In this document: piece by piece, positions 45,041 to 58,098 of the stretch
Position numbering within the stretch: position 1 is the stretch's first letter
Layout: each line of letters begins with the position of its first letter
Notes under the pieces: model-generated
Told to the model about the DNA's origin: nothing
What the model saw: the letters and a program-made list of their open reading frames with translations, nothing else
Databases searched by the model: none
Translations under genes and position numbers: made by a program
Source: Basidiobolus meristosporus CBS 931.73
Lineage: Eukaryota; Fungi; Basidiobolomycota
NCBI GenBank assembly: GCA_002104905.1
Contig: MCFE01000060.1
Span: 62,001-126,000, forward strand
Length of the DNA stretch: 64,000 bases
Direction: 5' to 3'

Positions 45041-47830
45041 ACCCACCCATGAAAATCCAGCATATCCAAGAATCTTCCTTTGCCACAAGATCTATCCAGT
45101 CCTTGAGAATGTCTGTCAAAATCCAGATCCCTGACTCCAGTCCTGTCCCAGCCCTAGCCCTGATTGATTCCGGTGCTTCATCCTGTTTCAGTGACCAAGC
45201 CTTTGTCCAGAAACACTCTATTCCTGTTACCTTGAAATCCTGTCCAGTCCAAGTAGAAGTTATTGACTGAAGATCACTCGCCTCTGGTGCTGTTACCCAT
45301 GAAACATGCTTACTTCAGCTGTCCAGTACTGCTCACCAAGAAAGAATTGCCTTCAACATCATCAACTCACCACACTATCCTATTGTGCTTGGAAGCTCAT
45401 GGCTGAGCTACCACAATCCAAGTATTGATTGGAAATCCAAGATCCTGTCATTCACCAGATCCCACCAAGTCAACTTCATGAAATCTCCAGACCCTGACAA
45501 CCTTGAAAAGACTGTTGCCAACAGTTCAACAGCCCAAGATACCTTGCCAGCTGAAGGAGCCCCCTCAGCAAACATACCAGCCAAGTACCAAGAGTTTGCC
45601 CATGTCTTTGACAAGAAGAAAGCAGAGCTCCTCCCTGACCATTGACCTTATGACTGCCCTATTGACCTTGAAGATGGAAAGGTCCCTCCATTTGGCCTAA
45701 TATATAACCTCTCCCAGCCAGAGTTGAAAGAACTCCATGGTTATATTGAAGAAAACCTCCATAAGGGTTTTATTCAGCACTCCAAATCACCTGCTGGAGC
45801 CCCAATCCTATTTATCAAGAAGAAGGATGGCACCTTCAGAATGTGTGTGGACTACCGTGCTTTGAATAAGATCACAGTCAAAAACCGCTACCCCCTGCCC
45901 CTGATCAACACACTGTTGGATCAAATATCTGCTGCCCAAGTCTTCACCAAGATTGACTTGAGAGGAGCTTACAGTCTTGTCAGAATCAAGCCCAGTGATG
46001 AATGGAAAACTGCCTTTTGCACAAGATATGGTCACTTTGAGTACAAAGTAATGCCATTTGGCCTCACCAATGCCCCTGCTGTGTTTCAACACCTCATAAA
46101 TGACATATTCTGTAAATACCTTGACCAGTTTGTGGTAATCTACCTTGATGATATTCTCATTTACTTCAAGAGCCAAATGAACATGATGAGCATGTCAAGA
46201 AAGTATTGAGAAAGCTAGACTCTGCCGGTCTCTATGCCAAGCTAGAGAAGTGTGAATTTGACCAGAGAGAAGTGGAATTTCTTGGTTACCTCATCAGCCC
46301 TGAGGGAACAAGAATGGACCCAAAGAAAGTTGATTCAGTCCAATCCTGGAAAACTCCAAGCTCAGTCAAGGAAGTACAATCCTTCCTGCAATTAGCCAAC
46401 TTCTATTGCAGGTTCATGGCCAACTACTCCAAGATAGCACCCCTCTGACAAAGCTTACCCAGAAGAACACACCTTTTGGCTGCAATGAGGAGCAATCCAG
46501 CTCATTCAACCAACTCAAGAAATCCTTCCTGAAGGCCCCCCTGCTTGCCCACCCTGACCTTGAGAAGCAATTCATAGTGGAGATGGATGCTTCTGATTTT
46601 GCCCTTGGTGCCATACTCTCCCAGTATGATGAAGACAATATGTTGCACCCCATTGCATTCTACTCTTGGAAGTTCTCCCCTGCAGAGATCAACTATGATA
46701 TCTATGATAGGGAGTTGCTTGCTATCATTGTAGCCTTTGAGCAATGGAGACACTACCTGGACAGTGCAAAACACAAAATCAAAGTCTTCTGTGACCATCA
46801 GAACCTCAAGTACTTTGCAACTTCTAAAGTACTAAACCAGAGACAAGCCAGATGGTCACTCTTCCTGTCCAGCTTTGACTTAACTATCACCTATAGACCT
46901 GGTGCAAAGCAAGGAAAGCCTGATGCCCTGTCCAGAAAAAAGGAATATGCCCTGGAAGAGGGAGATGATGCCTGTTGGCAAATGGAACACCCATTGCTGA
47001 GCAAGAAACATTTTGAGATTCTTGCCACCCAGTTGTCAAGTCTTGTCATCCCTTCATTCCTAGTAAGGATATCAGAATCCCAAGCCTCTGATATGACTTC
47101 CAGCACCATCAAGAAATATCTGGAATCCCCAGCTGGGCCCCCTCCCAGGTTCCCAAACATCCAGAACCTGCATTTGGTAAACAACCTCATCTACCACAAG
47201 CAGCAGCTTTATGTCCCAGACCTTGCCACCCAGCTAGACATCATTAAGTCTTGGCATGATTCAATGGCTGCAGGCCACTTTGGTACTGCCAAAACCTTGA
47301 ATGCTATCAAATGAGATTTCTGGTGGCCTAGAATGATAACTCTTATCAAAGAGTACATTCTGACTTCTGATATTTGCAATTGTGCAAAACCAGCCAGACA
47401 CCAGCCCTATGGACTTCTTCAGCCCTTGCCTATCCCAGAACACCAATGGAGATCTATATCTATGGACTTCATTACTGACCTCCCTGAGTCATGTGGCTTC
47501 AATGCTATACTTGTAGTGGCTGACCGGCTGACCAAGATGGCTCACTTTATCCCTTGCTGTAAGAACACTGATGCAAAAGACACTGCTGCATTAGTCCTGA
47601 AGAATATTTTCCACCTTCATGGTATCCCCAGTGATATTGTGTTAGATTCTAGACTCCAAGTATATCCGGTCAAAGCTGTACTACTTAGTAGACTGGATTG
47701 GTTATGGTCCAAGTGACCAAACATGAGTACCAGCTACCCATCTCAATAATTGTCAAGAACTAGTTACCCAGTTCTGCCAGCAATATCCTGCAAAACCTGC
47801 CCAAAGGGAAACAGAGCTTTGCCTGGAAGA
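44998..47830 (+). pseudogene. pol: Chromovirus J pol: PR, RT, RNase H, truncated INT, chromodomain
   Basis: [84 protein letters not shown]. Confidence 0.9.
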
Positions 47831-50800
47831 GGAGAATAGTGTCATGATCTCATGACAACCATGAACACCCATGACAAGTTTCAGCTTCCTAGCTCAATTT
47901 CTAAGAGATTCCTTCTGGAACCTTCTACCACCTTCCAGAAAGTTCCTGACCATTCCAAACCCTTGTTACACAATGGAACATTCCATGGAAGCTTCTCATC
48001 ATATTTTTCATAAATCCAGTACCATTTATGGTAATACCAGGTCACATGACTTAGTCACATGATCAGGTGACCCAGTCCAAATCCCCATCCTGTCTCAGTG
48101 CCTTGCCTTCTATATTATTATCCCCAGCACATTGCTGTGCCTCACCCCACAACCCCATTAGTATTAGCCAATATCTCTTGGCATCAGTATAACCAAAAAG
48201 TATATATGGTCCTATTGCCCCTTAAGTATTCCTCAGTCTGATAAACACAGGTCTTGAATAAACAGCCTTGCCTTGTTGATCCACACCTAAGTCCTTTCCT
48301 GGTCCTGCCTTGCCTAGCCCTACTCTCCTGCCTTGTGTCTATTCATAACTGTATCAATTCACCTACTTCTAGCAATGTTTTTCTTAAGCTTTTTTGAGTG
48401 TCAAAGTACTCCTTGCTAGCCATTCTGGATTTCCTCAGGTTTTCTATTGCATTCTTTTGCAGAGTGTATGCTTGTTGAATCTGCTGTACTCTTGCTAGCA
48501 ATAGCTCTGATGGTGTCATGGTTGGTTCCCATGGGAGGGTTAGCCAATTCCCAAAAGATATGTCTATTGGCAAAACAGCTTCATGTCCATATATTAAAAA
48601 GGCTGGTGTACACCCTGTACTTCTGTTAACCATGACTCTATCAGCCTAAATTGCTGCATGAAAGTTATTTGTCCACTTGTTGGGTTTTTCATAGCTAAGC
48701 TTCACTAATATGTTTGCAAAAGCAGAATGTCAATGTTCAACTGGTGAATTTGCTTGTGGGTGGTATGGTGTAGTATGTATAAGCTTGATTCCATGCTTCA
48801 TTGCCAGTGCTTGTATTACACAAGATCCATATTCTTCATTGTCTGCAATAAGGGTACCAACTGAACCGTGTCTGAGATATACATCTACTTTAGGAAATCT
48901 TACTACTGCTTTTGCATTGGCTTGTTTCAGCATTCTAGCCTCTATCTAACCGGTAAAGTTATCACAACAGTCCACTACATATTTATACCCTGCTGTTGCC
49001 CTTGGGAAATGTATAATATCTACATGTGCAATTTGCCAAGCATAAGATGTGTATATACTGTGAAGTGGTTCATTCATCTTTTGGTTGTCTCTTCTTTGAC
49101 ATGAAATACATGATTTCATATATTCTTTTGTGTTGGTATACAGCATTGGCCAAAAATACCATAAGGAAATTTTTGCATATGTTGATGTAATTCCTGTATG
49201 ACCTCCTGATTCAGATTCATGCAATTCTTGAATGATCTTCTCTTGATCATGTTTGTTATGTATATATTGTCAATGAACTCCATGTTTGCTTTTTCTGAAA
49301 AGAAAGCTGCTATGCAGTATAAACTTCAATGCCTTCTTTTTAAAATCTGTGCGTTGATTTGTGGGAATATCAGCCAGAACTTTGAGTGATATACAAAAAT
49401 CCTTGATTTGCTGAAAATTACTTTGTATTATATGTCTAGATGAGAACCCAAGACTTGTGTTTTCAAGAAACTCATCAATCTCATCATCATCAGTTGAGTA
49501 CAGTGAATTTGGTTGCTTTCTAGATAAGGCATCAGGTCCTTTGTGATTGGCTCCTGGTATGTGTTGCAATGTAAAGCCAAAGATCTGGATATAAGATATC
49601 CACCATGTTAGAATAGGATCATGCAAAAGCTCTAACTTATTCAACATTTCCAATAATGGCTTGGCATCAACCTCCAGTGTGAAGTGTACTCCTAATAAGT
49701 ATGGCTTTAGCTTTTTGAGTACATAGAGTACTTTCAGTGCTTTGTTCTTGATAGATGGATAGTTAAGCTCATTTCTTTTGAATAGTCTACTAAGATATTT
49801 GCAAGGTTGTCAATGATGATCTTTTGAAACTTGAATCATGATTCCGCCAACCCCAATTCCAGAGCTATCTACTGATATAATGATTGGTCGTGAATCAATA
49901 ACACTGTAGTCTATAACTGCTTAGACAGGTGGCTTTTATAATGACTCAAGCAATGTTGACATATCATTGGCCTGTTCTTCATGCCATTCAAATTTCTGGT
50001 TTTTCTGTAATAGCTGAGTTAGTGGCTTAGTAATTTGAGTATAGTTCTTGATCCAGATTCTGAATAGTCCAGTAAGTCCTAATAGTTGTATGACTTAATG
50101 TATACTGCTTGGTGGCTTCCAACTTAGTGCTGATGAAAGTTTTGCAGGATCAGGCAATCTCCCTCTTTCAGTTACAAGTTCACCTAGGATGATTGCTTTG
50201 TTGTAGCCAAATTTGCACTTGGCTCCAGATACAGTCAGACCAGAAGCTTGAATCCTCTTCACAACCCTTTCAACAGTGCATATGTGATCATAAACATATC
50301 TTCTTACCTGAGGTAAGACATGTGATGTATCTTTTTCTCTGGACTTATTCTTAATTGTAATGTCATCAAGAAATGGTTGGCATATCTCAGGGAAACAGTC
50401 ATTCAAAACTTGAATCATTGCACATTGATAATTTTGGACATAGTGAGTCCATTCTTGAGGAATTCTTGTCATCAATATGAGTCCTATTGGTGTGTTCATA
50501 GTGGTGAAATCTCTGGAGTCAGGATCCAGAAGTATTTGGTCATATCCTAAATAAAGATCCAATGTTAAAATCAGAGAATATCCAGTAGATGTCTCAATAT
50601 ACACATCTTGTATGGGTGGTTGCGCAGAATCTTCTATGGTGACCTTATTCAAATGCTGTACATCTCTTCTGTTAGTCAGACTTTGTCATATTTGTGCAAA
50701 GGCTCCATTTGAGGATTGTTGTGGGCAGATGGTGAGATTCCAGTAGTTCCTGGCTTTACTTTCAATGCAACTGGCTTATACTGGGTATTTGTCTTACTCC

Positions 50801-51599
50801 TTGACAATGGAATGATGTGTTGATCATAAAACAAAATATCCTTATGAACCTGAATATTTAGTACTGGAACTGAGTCTGCATCTCTTGGATTATTCTCTTC
50901 TATTGCACAAAAGGCTGCCCTTCTTTTTTGATTGTCAGAAGTGATTATCAGCCATAAGCTTCCATTGGGTCTGTTATCAGCTTCTAGAAGATATTTCTTC
51001 TCATATGGTTGTTCTAACAATACCTCAAAGGTGGGTCCATTGGCAACAATGAAAAAGGGAGAAGTAACCTTGATTCCTCCAATTTCAATTGGTACAGAGT
51101 GACAAAGTCCAAGCATCTTCTCTGTTACACCTGTAGCAGTTCTAATATTCCAGCCAACTTCTGTCAATGGCATTTTGATTTTTTCAAAAGTCATAGCAGT
51201 GATAGCATTGATTTCTGATCCAGAATCAAAAATACATTCCACTTCAATATTGTTGATTGTAGCAGCATAGCTTCTTGTTGTAATAGAGTAAAAGGCTTTT
51301 TCTGCTTCAAATTGTAGTTGTTCACTTGATAATGATGTTGACAACTGTTCTTGATAATTCTTCAGGATATCTTTGTTCATTGGCTTAACTACTTCTGGTA
51401 GTAGTTGACTGAGACTATTGATAGTGGAGAATATTTCTTGATTTGTAAGTTGTGGAAATGGAGATTTCCAGAACTTATCAATAACTTTCTGTGTAATTGC
51501 AGTATTGCCATACTTATGTTAAGATTGCAAGTGTTATTTTGGATTTTTGATGTTTCTGGCTATACTGATTTTCAACAACTGGCTGATTTCTCTTGTTGG

Positions 51600-51971
51600 T
51601 GTGGGTTATTACTGACTGTACCTGGTGAGTGGGAGAGCTTGTAGGTCCAGTCAGTACCACTTGGTTCAGAGTAGCTTCCAATAGAAGGTAGCAAGTAATA
51701 AAGACTTGTGTTTATTTTGTCCAAATCCCCTTGTCTTAGTTCAATTGGGTACATATATATATACCACTTGGGGGGGGCTTAGATAATAGTCAATGTGCTA
51801 TAAAATAGAGGTGTGAACACCTTCCTGTTATGGTAAGTGTTCGAACTAGACAAGGGTAGGGATAGGAAGGAGGGCACATGGGGGAATCATAGGGAGGATA
51901 CTGGGGGACTTTGGGTAGGACTCTGGGGAGAACTCTTGGGCAAAGAGTGGGTACTGCATTTAGTACTCACA
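51600..51971. repeat. Solo LTR family G (372 bp), single copy in window
   Basis: TGTGGG...CTCACA with perfect TSD GTTGG; absent at the matching position of F copy 1. Confidence 0.85.
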
Positions 51972-53558
51972 GTTGGTTCACATCTTTTTAGGATTGTTCT
52001 CTGTAGAGACATATTTTCTCTTATAATAAGGCAATTAAATTCTTCAACTTCCTCTTTTTCCATTAGATATTCTTGGACCTGCCCTGATGGGTCTGATATT
52101 GTGAATATGTAATGTTCATTGCTTGCAATTTCTGCAGTCTTTTAGATTTGTATAAAATTTGATGTTGTGGTGCTTTTACTTAATTCTTCTTCAGCAAGTA
52201 CAGAGGGCCTCATTCCCCCATAACCTCTGTTGATAGGCAAGGGGTTTTCAGCAATATCACAGATCTTCCCATAGCAATCAATCATTACTTTATGACTGTC
52301 AATATCAGTTTTCAATATTTGACAACCATAATGGCTATGTTCAGCAGATTCACAGTACACACAATATTTGGTTTGCTGTGGATAAATACTGGCTGTGTTG
52401 ATATTTTCTGGTCTTGCCTTGTTAATGCTTGAAGATGGTACACTTTGAGAGTCAAACTTGAGCATCAGTTGTCCTAATGCATCAATTAATTCATTAACCT
52501 GATCATTTTGTGGGTTATTTGTATGGTGAAGAATTTATTTAGCTGGAGTGGAAATCCTCATTTGAGTATTAATGAAATCCATGACTTGTCTACCTGATTC
52601 ATAGTTTAACATCATTTGTTTAGTATTGTCATAGGAGCTTGTAACCTGTACTTGGTGGCTAATGACATTATGTATCTCAGGAGGCATATTCATCAGAAAA
52701 TAGTTTCTTTGATAAAATCTTGGAATTCCAATAGCAGCTTCAACATGCCTTGCTTTTGACTCAAACTTTTGAATGTACATTTGCAAGGGTTGGGTCTTGT
52801 TGTGAGGCATCTCTAGCTCATCTAGTGTAGCAAACTGTGCTTCCTTTTGGTACTCAGCTAAAATAGCTTGTTGAGCAGTGTCCCAGTTATTGTTGGCACC
52901 AACAGATATCTTAAATGGATCCAAACTTTGTAAAAATCTTGATACTTCAACATTGTAGAGAAAGGGAAACAACTGGATTTTGTTCCTGTGTGATAACTCA
53001 AATGCTGCAGCTATCTTGTTAAACTCTTCTAGAAACTCAGTAACATTCTCTCCTGAAAATTTTACTGGAATGGCACCTTTAAAGTGGCTGTCAACTCTGG
53101 GAGTGGTGTATTAGTCATTCTTGTAACATTTCTTGATGCTTGTATAATGAAAGGCTCCAACTACCCAGGTCCTCCACAAAATTTTGTTGTGTTGTACTAT
53201 GATTAGTTTGGGGCTTGTCCTACAATTTAGAGGCTAATCAACAATATACAACAACTTCCTGTATGCTAATACTGAAATAGCTTGTTGGGAGTTTGATATA
53301 CCAATAGAAGTCATAACTTTCACTAATATCCTTGATGTTAAGCTCAAATTGTGCTATAGGCAGTGTTTCTCATTTCTACATCAGTGCTCTGACCTTCTGT
53401 CAACTAATAGGCTTATTTACTTTTATAGTAACTTCTCCTTATTTGTAAGTCACTTTCCTTTCTGAGAGAATATTTCCTGATATCATGATTCTGAGCTCCC
53501 CTTTAACCTAAAGGGGTGTGTTGTAGAAGTCTCTAAAGGGGTCTTTAGACCTAAAGGG

Positions 53559-53907
53559 TGTTGTAATTATTAAGTTGTCACCAAAATATACTTGCTAAAT
53601 TAGTTGCATAAATCTTATTCTTTGGTTAGTATGCTGTCCTGACCAAATTTCTTGTTAGGATTTACTTAAAATATTTTCACCAAATTATCAGGTACCCAGA
53701 TTATTATTTTTCTCAAAGTTGTCAATAAGACCCTAATCTTTGCACACATATTCTTGGGACCTTCCTTAACAAGCTCTACATATTTGTTTCCTCTACTCTA
53801 TTAAAAGTATAAATACCATACTCTTGATCAATAAATCTACAAGTGAATAACATTAAAATTGTCTAGTTCCCCACATCACTTCCAATATTCCTCAAAATAT
53901 TGCAACA
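53559..53907 (+). repeat. Solo LTR family A (349 bp) inside the F2 5' LTR G-tract array
   Basis: Reverse complement of 27870-28218 with scattered differences; near-TSD AAGGG/TAGGG. Confidence 0.85.
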
Positions 53908-54635
53908 TAGGGGTGTCTAAAGGGGTATCTTTAGAGTAAAGGGGCTTCTTAGCTGGGACTTTTCTGACAGAAAAGTGGTAGTTTCTTGTAGAACTTAGAT
54001 TGGATTCTTGTCTGCTTTGCAGTCTCTTTACTGATGTAGTACCAATCAAAGTCAGAATACTCAACAGTGCAAGTGATGCAGGGGAAGTCTTATGACCCTT
54101 AAGCTTGTAATTGTAGTGTGGAGATTCTGGAAAGAGAAGCTCTCTTTATTTCTTTCAGCTGGGGAAGTCATATATATGAAAACTCTGAAAGATCAAAGTT
54201 TCTGGGCAATTGCTCATGCAATACATGTGATACAAAGCTAAAATCTTGCAGTGGCACAGATCAGACTTTGGTGCAGCACCTGTGAATATCTCACGTGATT
54301 TGATTGGCTAGTTCAAAGTTATATGCAATCAACGTCACCATAGCAATCCTAGCAATAGAGAGCTAGTATATATAATAATTGGACTCTTTTGGTCATAACT
54401 CCTTAAGTATTGCTTCAAATGAGCTGTGATTTGAAACATGTGCTGGCTACTGAGTGTTCTGTATGACATAATATTCTTGGGTAGATTGCTTCTCAGGGTC
54501 TGGAGTGCTTGTCCTTCAAAGTTGGAACTTCTTGATTGCTCACTTGTGTGTTACAATAGCAAAAAGCAAAATAAAGAAATGAGTTCAATATTGGTTTTCA
54601 GATATTGTAGTAATAGAATACTTTCCATTACCACA

Positions 54636-55210
54636 ATCTCCAATGCAGATAATAATAAGCACTTTGACATCATGGCTGTTAACTGTTATAATACTGGAAA
54701 GTATACAGAATTCATCCAGCAATGGACACAGGTAGCTATCCAGGTTGGACAGCAGTATAGGCCTAGATACCAGTGAGACTACCATCAGATTTCTGCTCTG
54801 ATACCGTAAGAGAGGTAGCAGATTCAGGTTGATGAGAATCAGTGGCCAGCAGGATATGCTGGTAGAGTACTTGCTTAATATGAATCCATCAGGTGCCAGG
54901 GCAAAGGCATGGTCATACATACCATCAAAGTAGCCCTTACTTCTTAGCTGATTGTAATGTTTACCATCAAATACACTGGATATATTTGTGCCTGATTGAT
55001 ACTGTGTGCAGTACTTTATAGTTTTGCAATAATTGTTGGACTGCATGAGCTTCTTTAGATGGGGTACTACTGGAACATTTCCAGAGTGTGAACAATGTTT
55101 TCCTCAATGGTGGTGATTCCAGACAATTTGGACATGTTACAATGGTGGCATTTCTAGATGTGAATGCCATGCAACTGTTAGCACATGCTGGAATCAGAAC
55201 AGTCTCTAGG
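54636..55210 (-). pseudogene. CACTA transposase N-terminal and central part (continues at 41780-41892)
   Basis: CANSCMAFT...CPNC, HAFALAPDGFIL, SCWPLILINLNLLPLLRY, LCPLLDEF; contiguous across the ATCT TSD. Confidence 0.8.
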
Positions 55211-55229
55211 CTTGCTACAATAGCCACAC

Positions 55230-55975
55230 AATGCAACAAGCAGGGCTATATCCAAAAAACACCATGTTGACAGTGTGCCCACCAAAGGTAATAATATGGA
55301 CTGCTCAGGCTCACAGTCAAGTAGGCAATTGAGAACCTATGCAGAGCTACAAGCTGACCATTATGATCAGGCAGATGAGAGTGTGGCAAATGCAGTACCT
55401 TCAGTTGAAGACCAGCAAGTGGCCATCATAACATCACCACCACCCATATTAGCAAGTATGCTGCCAGCTCATACAAAAGCATTAATGAAGTGATCAGGTG
55501 CAGTGGCTGATAGGATAGATGAAATAGCACAGAGAAATCAGGAAACAGCCCGGAAACAGGATCAATCAATATCCCAGGTAGAGAAAGCAGTATCTTTGCT
55601 GCAAAGAAGGAACTCAAGTAGCCCAATGTTTCAGGCAAGAATTTGGCCATTTCCCAATGTAACAGCAATGATACACCATGCAGTCTGTAAAGCTCAACAA
55701 CAGTGCCCAAAGGTAAAGCCCACAGAAGAACCCATCACAGCATTGGAGGGAGACAATGAGGTGATTATACCAAAGCCTAAAAATCAAAGACATTGAAGAT
55801 CTGTGAGGTTGTTGAGTACAGTGATGAAGAGTAGGCTAATATTCAAGAGGCCATTAGAAGTCTAGCACATCATCATCTTAAGGCTGCCATACCATAGGAC
55901 AATCAGGAACTCAAGGCCAAGCAGAATGCAGTTGACTTGTACAATGAGCATTATCCTGGATTCCAACAGGCAAAT
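55230..55975 (+). pseudogene. CACTA accessory ORF paralog, N-terminal part
   Basis: Aligns with the reverse complement of 39950-40720. Confidence 0.65.
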
Positions 55976-55984
55976 ACCATGCAT

Positions 55985-56499
55985 GGTATCTCTATGCTGC
56001 ACAGGTTTCAGACTACTAATCCCTGATTGGTTGAATGTGCTGTGCCATTAGAACCCTCCAGGATATCTTGGCATATTTTCAGCTCAAAGTGATGTCATTA
56101 AGAATTCCACTGATGCCTGGAATCTTCTAGAACCTTGTAATTAGTAATCACTTGGCAATCAGGAAAAGTACTTAAGGGAAGGCAATCCCTCATCCATATA
56201 TCATCCCTTCTATCAGTAACACTTCTCCCTTATTGACTAGCAGTTGATCACTGCACCTACCTTCAACAGTTATATCTCAGACCTGCCATCAAGGAGCTAT
56301 TCAGGGTAGTGCACAAGACCCACAGAGGACTTTGGAGACACTTGGAGCACCTAGGAAGCTAGAGAAGCAGGAGCTTTCATCATGGTGACATATTGACAAA
56401 AACACCAGCAGTTTAGACTCAGAGGTTATTGCACCCATTAGACACGCCACAATCCATGAGTTGTGTAACTTCTCCCAGGAGTACCTCTACACCACCACA
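55985..56499 (+). repeat. 5'-truncated LTR family E
   Basis: Aligns with 20165-20685. Confidence 0.8.
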
Positions 56500-58098
56500 A
56501 TGCATCTATTTAACCTGCTAGTCCCTTGCTGGCACTCTTCTTGCAACCTGACATTTCTTTTCCACTTGTTCCAAGCTCTCAACCAAATTTGCAACAGGCT
56601 CCTGTAAAAGCACTGGTTTTTATCACTGCCAGGTCCTGTTGTGGTGTATTATGATTAGTTTGGGGCTTGTTCTACAATGTAGAGGCTAATCAACAATATA
56701 CACCAACTTCCAGTATGCTAATACTGAAATAGTTTATTGGGAGTTTGATATACCGATAGAAGATATAACTTTCACTAATTTCCTCAATCTTGGGCTCAAA
56801 ATATACTGTAGGCAGTGTTTATCACTTCTACAGAAGTGTTCTGACCTTCTGTTGACTAATGGGCGTATTTACTTTTATAGTAACTTTTCCTTATTTGGAA
56901 GTCACTTTCCTTTCTGAGAAAATACTTCCTAATATGAAAATTCTGAACTCCCCTTTAACATAAAGGGGTGTGTTGTAGAAGTCTCTAAAGGGGTCTTTAG
57001 ACCTAAAGGGGTGTCTAAAGGGGCTTCTTTAGAGTAAGGGGTTTCTTAAAGGGGTCTCTAAAGGGGTCTTTAGACTAAAGGGGTGTCTAAAGGGGTGTCT
57101 TTAGAGTAAAGGGGTTTCTTAGAGGGGACTTTTCCGACAGAAAAGTGGTAGTTTCTTGTAGAACTTAGATTGGATTCTTGTGAGCTTTGCAGTCTCTTTA
57201 CTGATGTAGTACCGATCAAAGTCAGAATACTCAGCAGTGCAAGTGATGCAGGGGAAGTCTTATAACCTTTAAACTTGTAATTGTAGTGTGGAGATTCTGG
57301 AAAGAGAGGCTCCCTCTTTATTTTTCAGCTGGGGAAGTCATATATATGAAAATTTTGAAGGATCAAGGTTTTTGGGCGATTGCGCAAGCAATACACGTGA
57401 TACAAAGCTAACATTTTGCAGTGGCGCAGATCGGACATAGGCGCAGCACCTGTGAAAATTTCACGTGATTTGGTTGGCTGGCTCGAAAGTTACACGTGAT
57501 CAAAGTCACCATAGTAATCCTAGCAATAAGGCATAGTATATTTAATAGTTGGACTCTTTTGGTCATAACTCCTTAAGTACTGCTTCAAATGAGCTGTAAT
57601 TTGAAACATGTGTTGGCTACTACGTGTTCTGTATGACATAGTATTCTTGGGTGGATTGCTTGTCAGGGTCTGGAGCATTTGCTCATCAAAGTTGGAAATT
57701 CTTGATCTTTCACTAGTGTGTTACAATAGCAAAAAGCAAAATAAAGAAATGAGTGCAATATTGGTTTAGAGATATTGTAGTAATGGAATACTTTCCATTA
57801 CCACAGTCCTTCATTGCTATTTTGACTAAGTGCTACTTGAGTGGTACTACTCTTCTTCCTAGATAAAGATTGTGCTGGTGCATCTGTGTCTGCCTGCTTG
57901 TCCCTAGTTGGCACTCTTCCAGCTACCTGACATCTCTTTGATGCTTGTTTGGAACTTTTGGCCCTGCTTGTTGCAAGCTTGTAAGGGAGCAGCTGATTTT
58001 TAGCCATAGCACACTTGTTCTTCAGCCTTGGAGAGTTTCTGCTATTCTTGAGACACTTTCTCAGCATACCAATGCTGGCCCAAAATCTGTTTGCACAT
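56500..58098 (-). pseudogene. CACTA accessory ORF paralog, middle part, interrupted by solo LTR F
   Basis: 56500-56636 plus 57806-58098 align with 39560-39965. Confidence 0.65.
56637..57805 (-). repeat. Solo LTR family F (1169 bp)
   Basis: Aligns with 31940-33182; perfect 4-bp TSD GTCC. Confidence 0.9.

Larger units (their letters stand above)
43219..48350 (+). mobile_element. Chromovirus (Tf1/sushi-type Ty3/gypsy) family J, inserted in the F2 integrase
   Basis: LTRs 43219-43686 and 47841-48350 (closely similar, one ~42-nt indel), TSD GTATC, PPT GAAGAGGAGAATAG. Confidence 0.92.
41893..54635 (-). mobile_element. Ty3/gypsy family F copy 2, full-length but decayed, with three nested insertions
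   Basis: LTRs 41893-~43015 (end deleted) and 53185-54635, 4-bp TSD ATCT at both ends, internal region colinear with copy 1. Confidence 0.9.
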
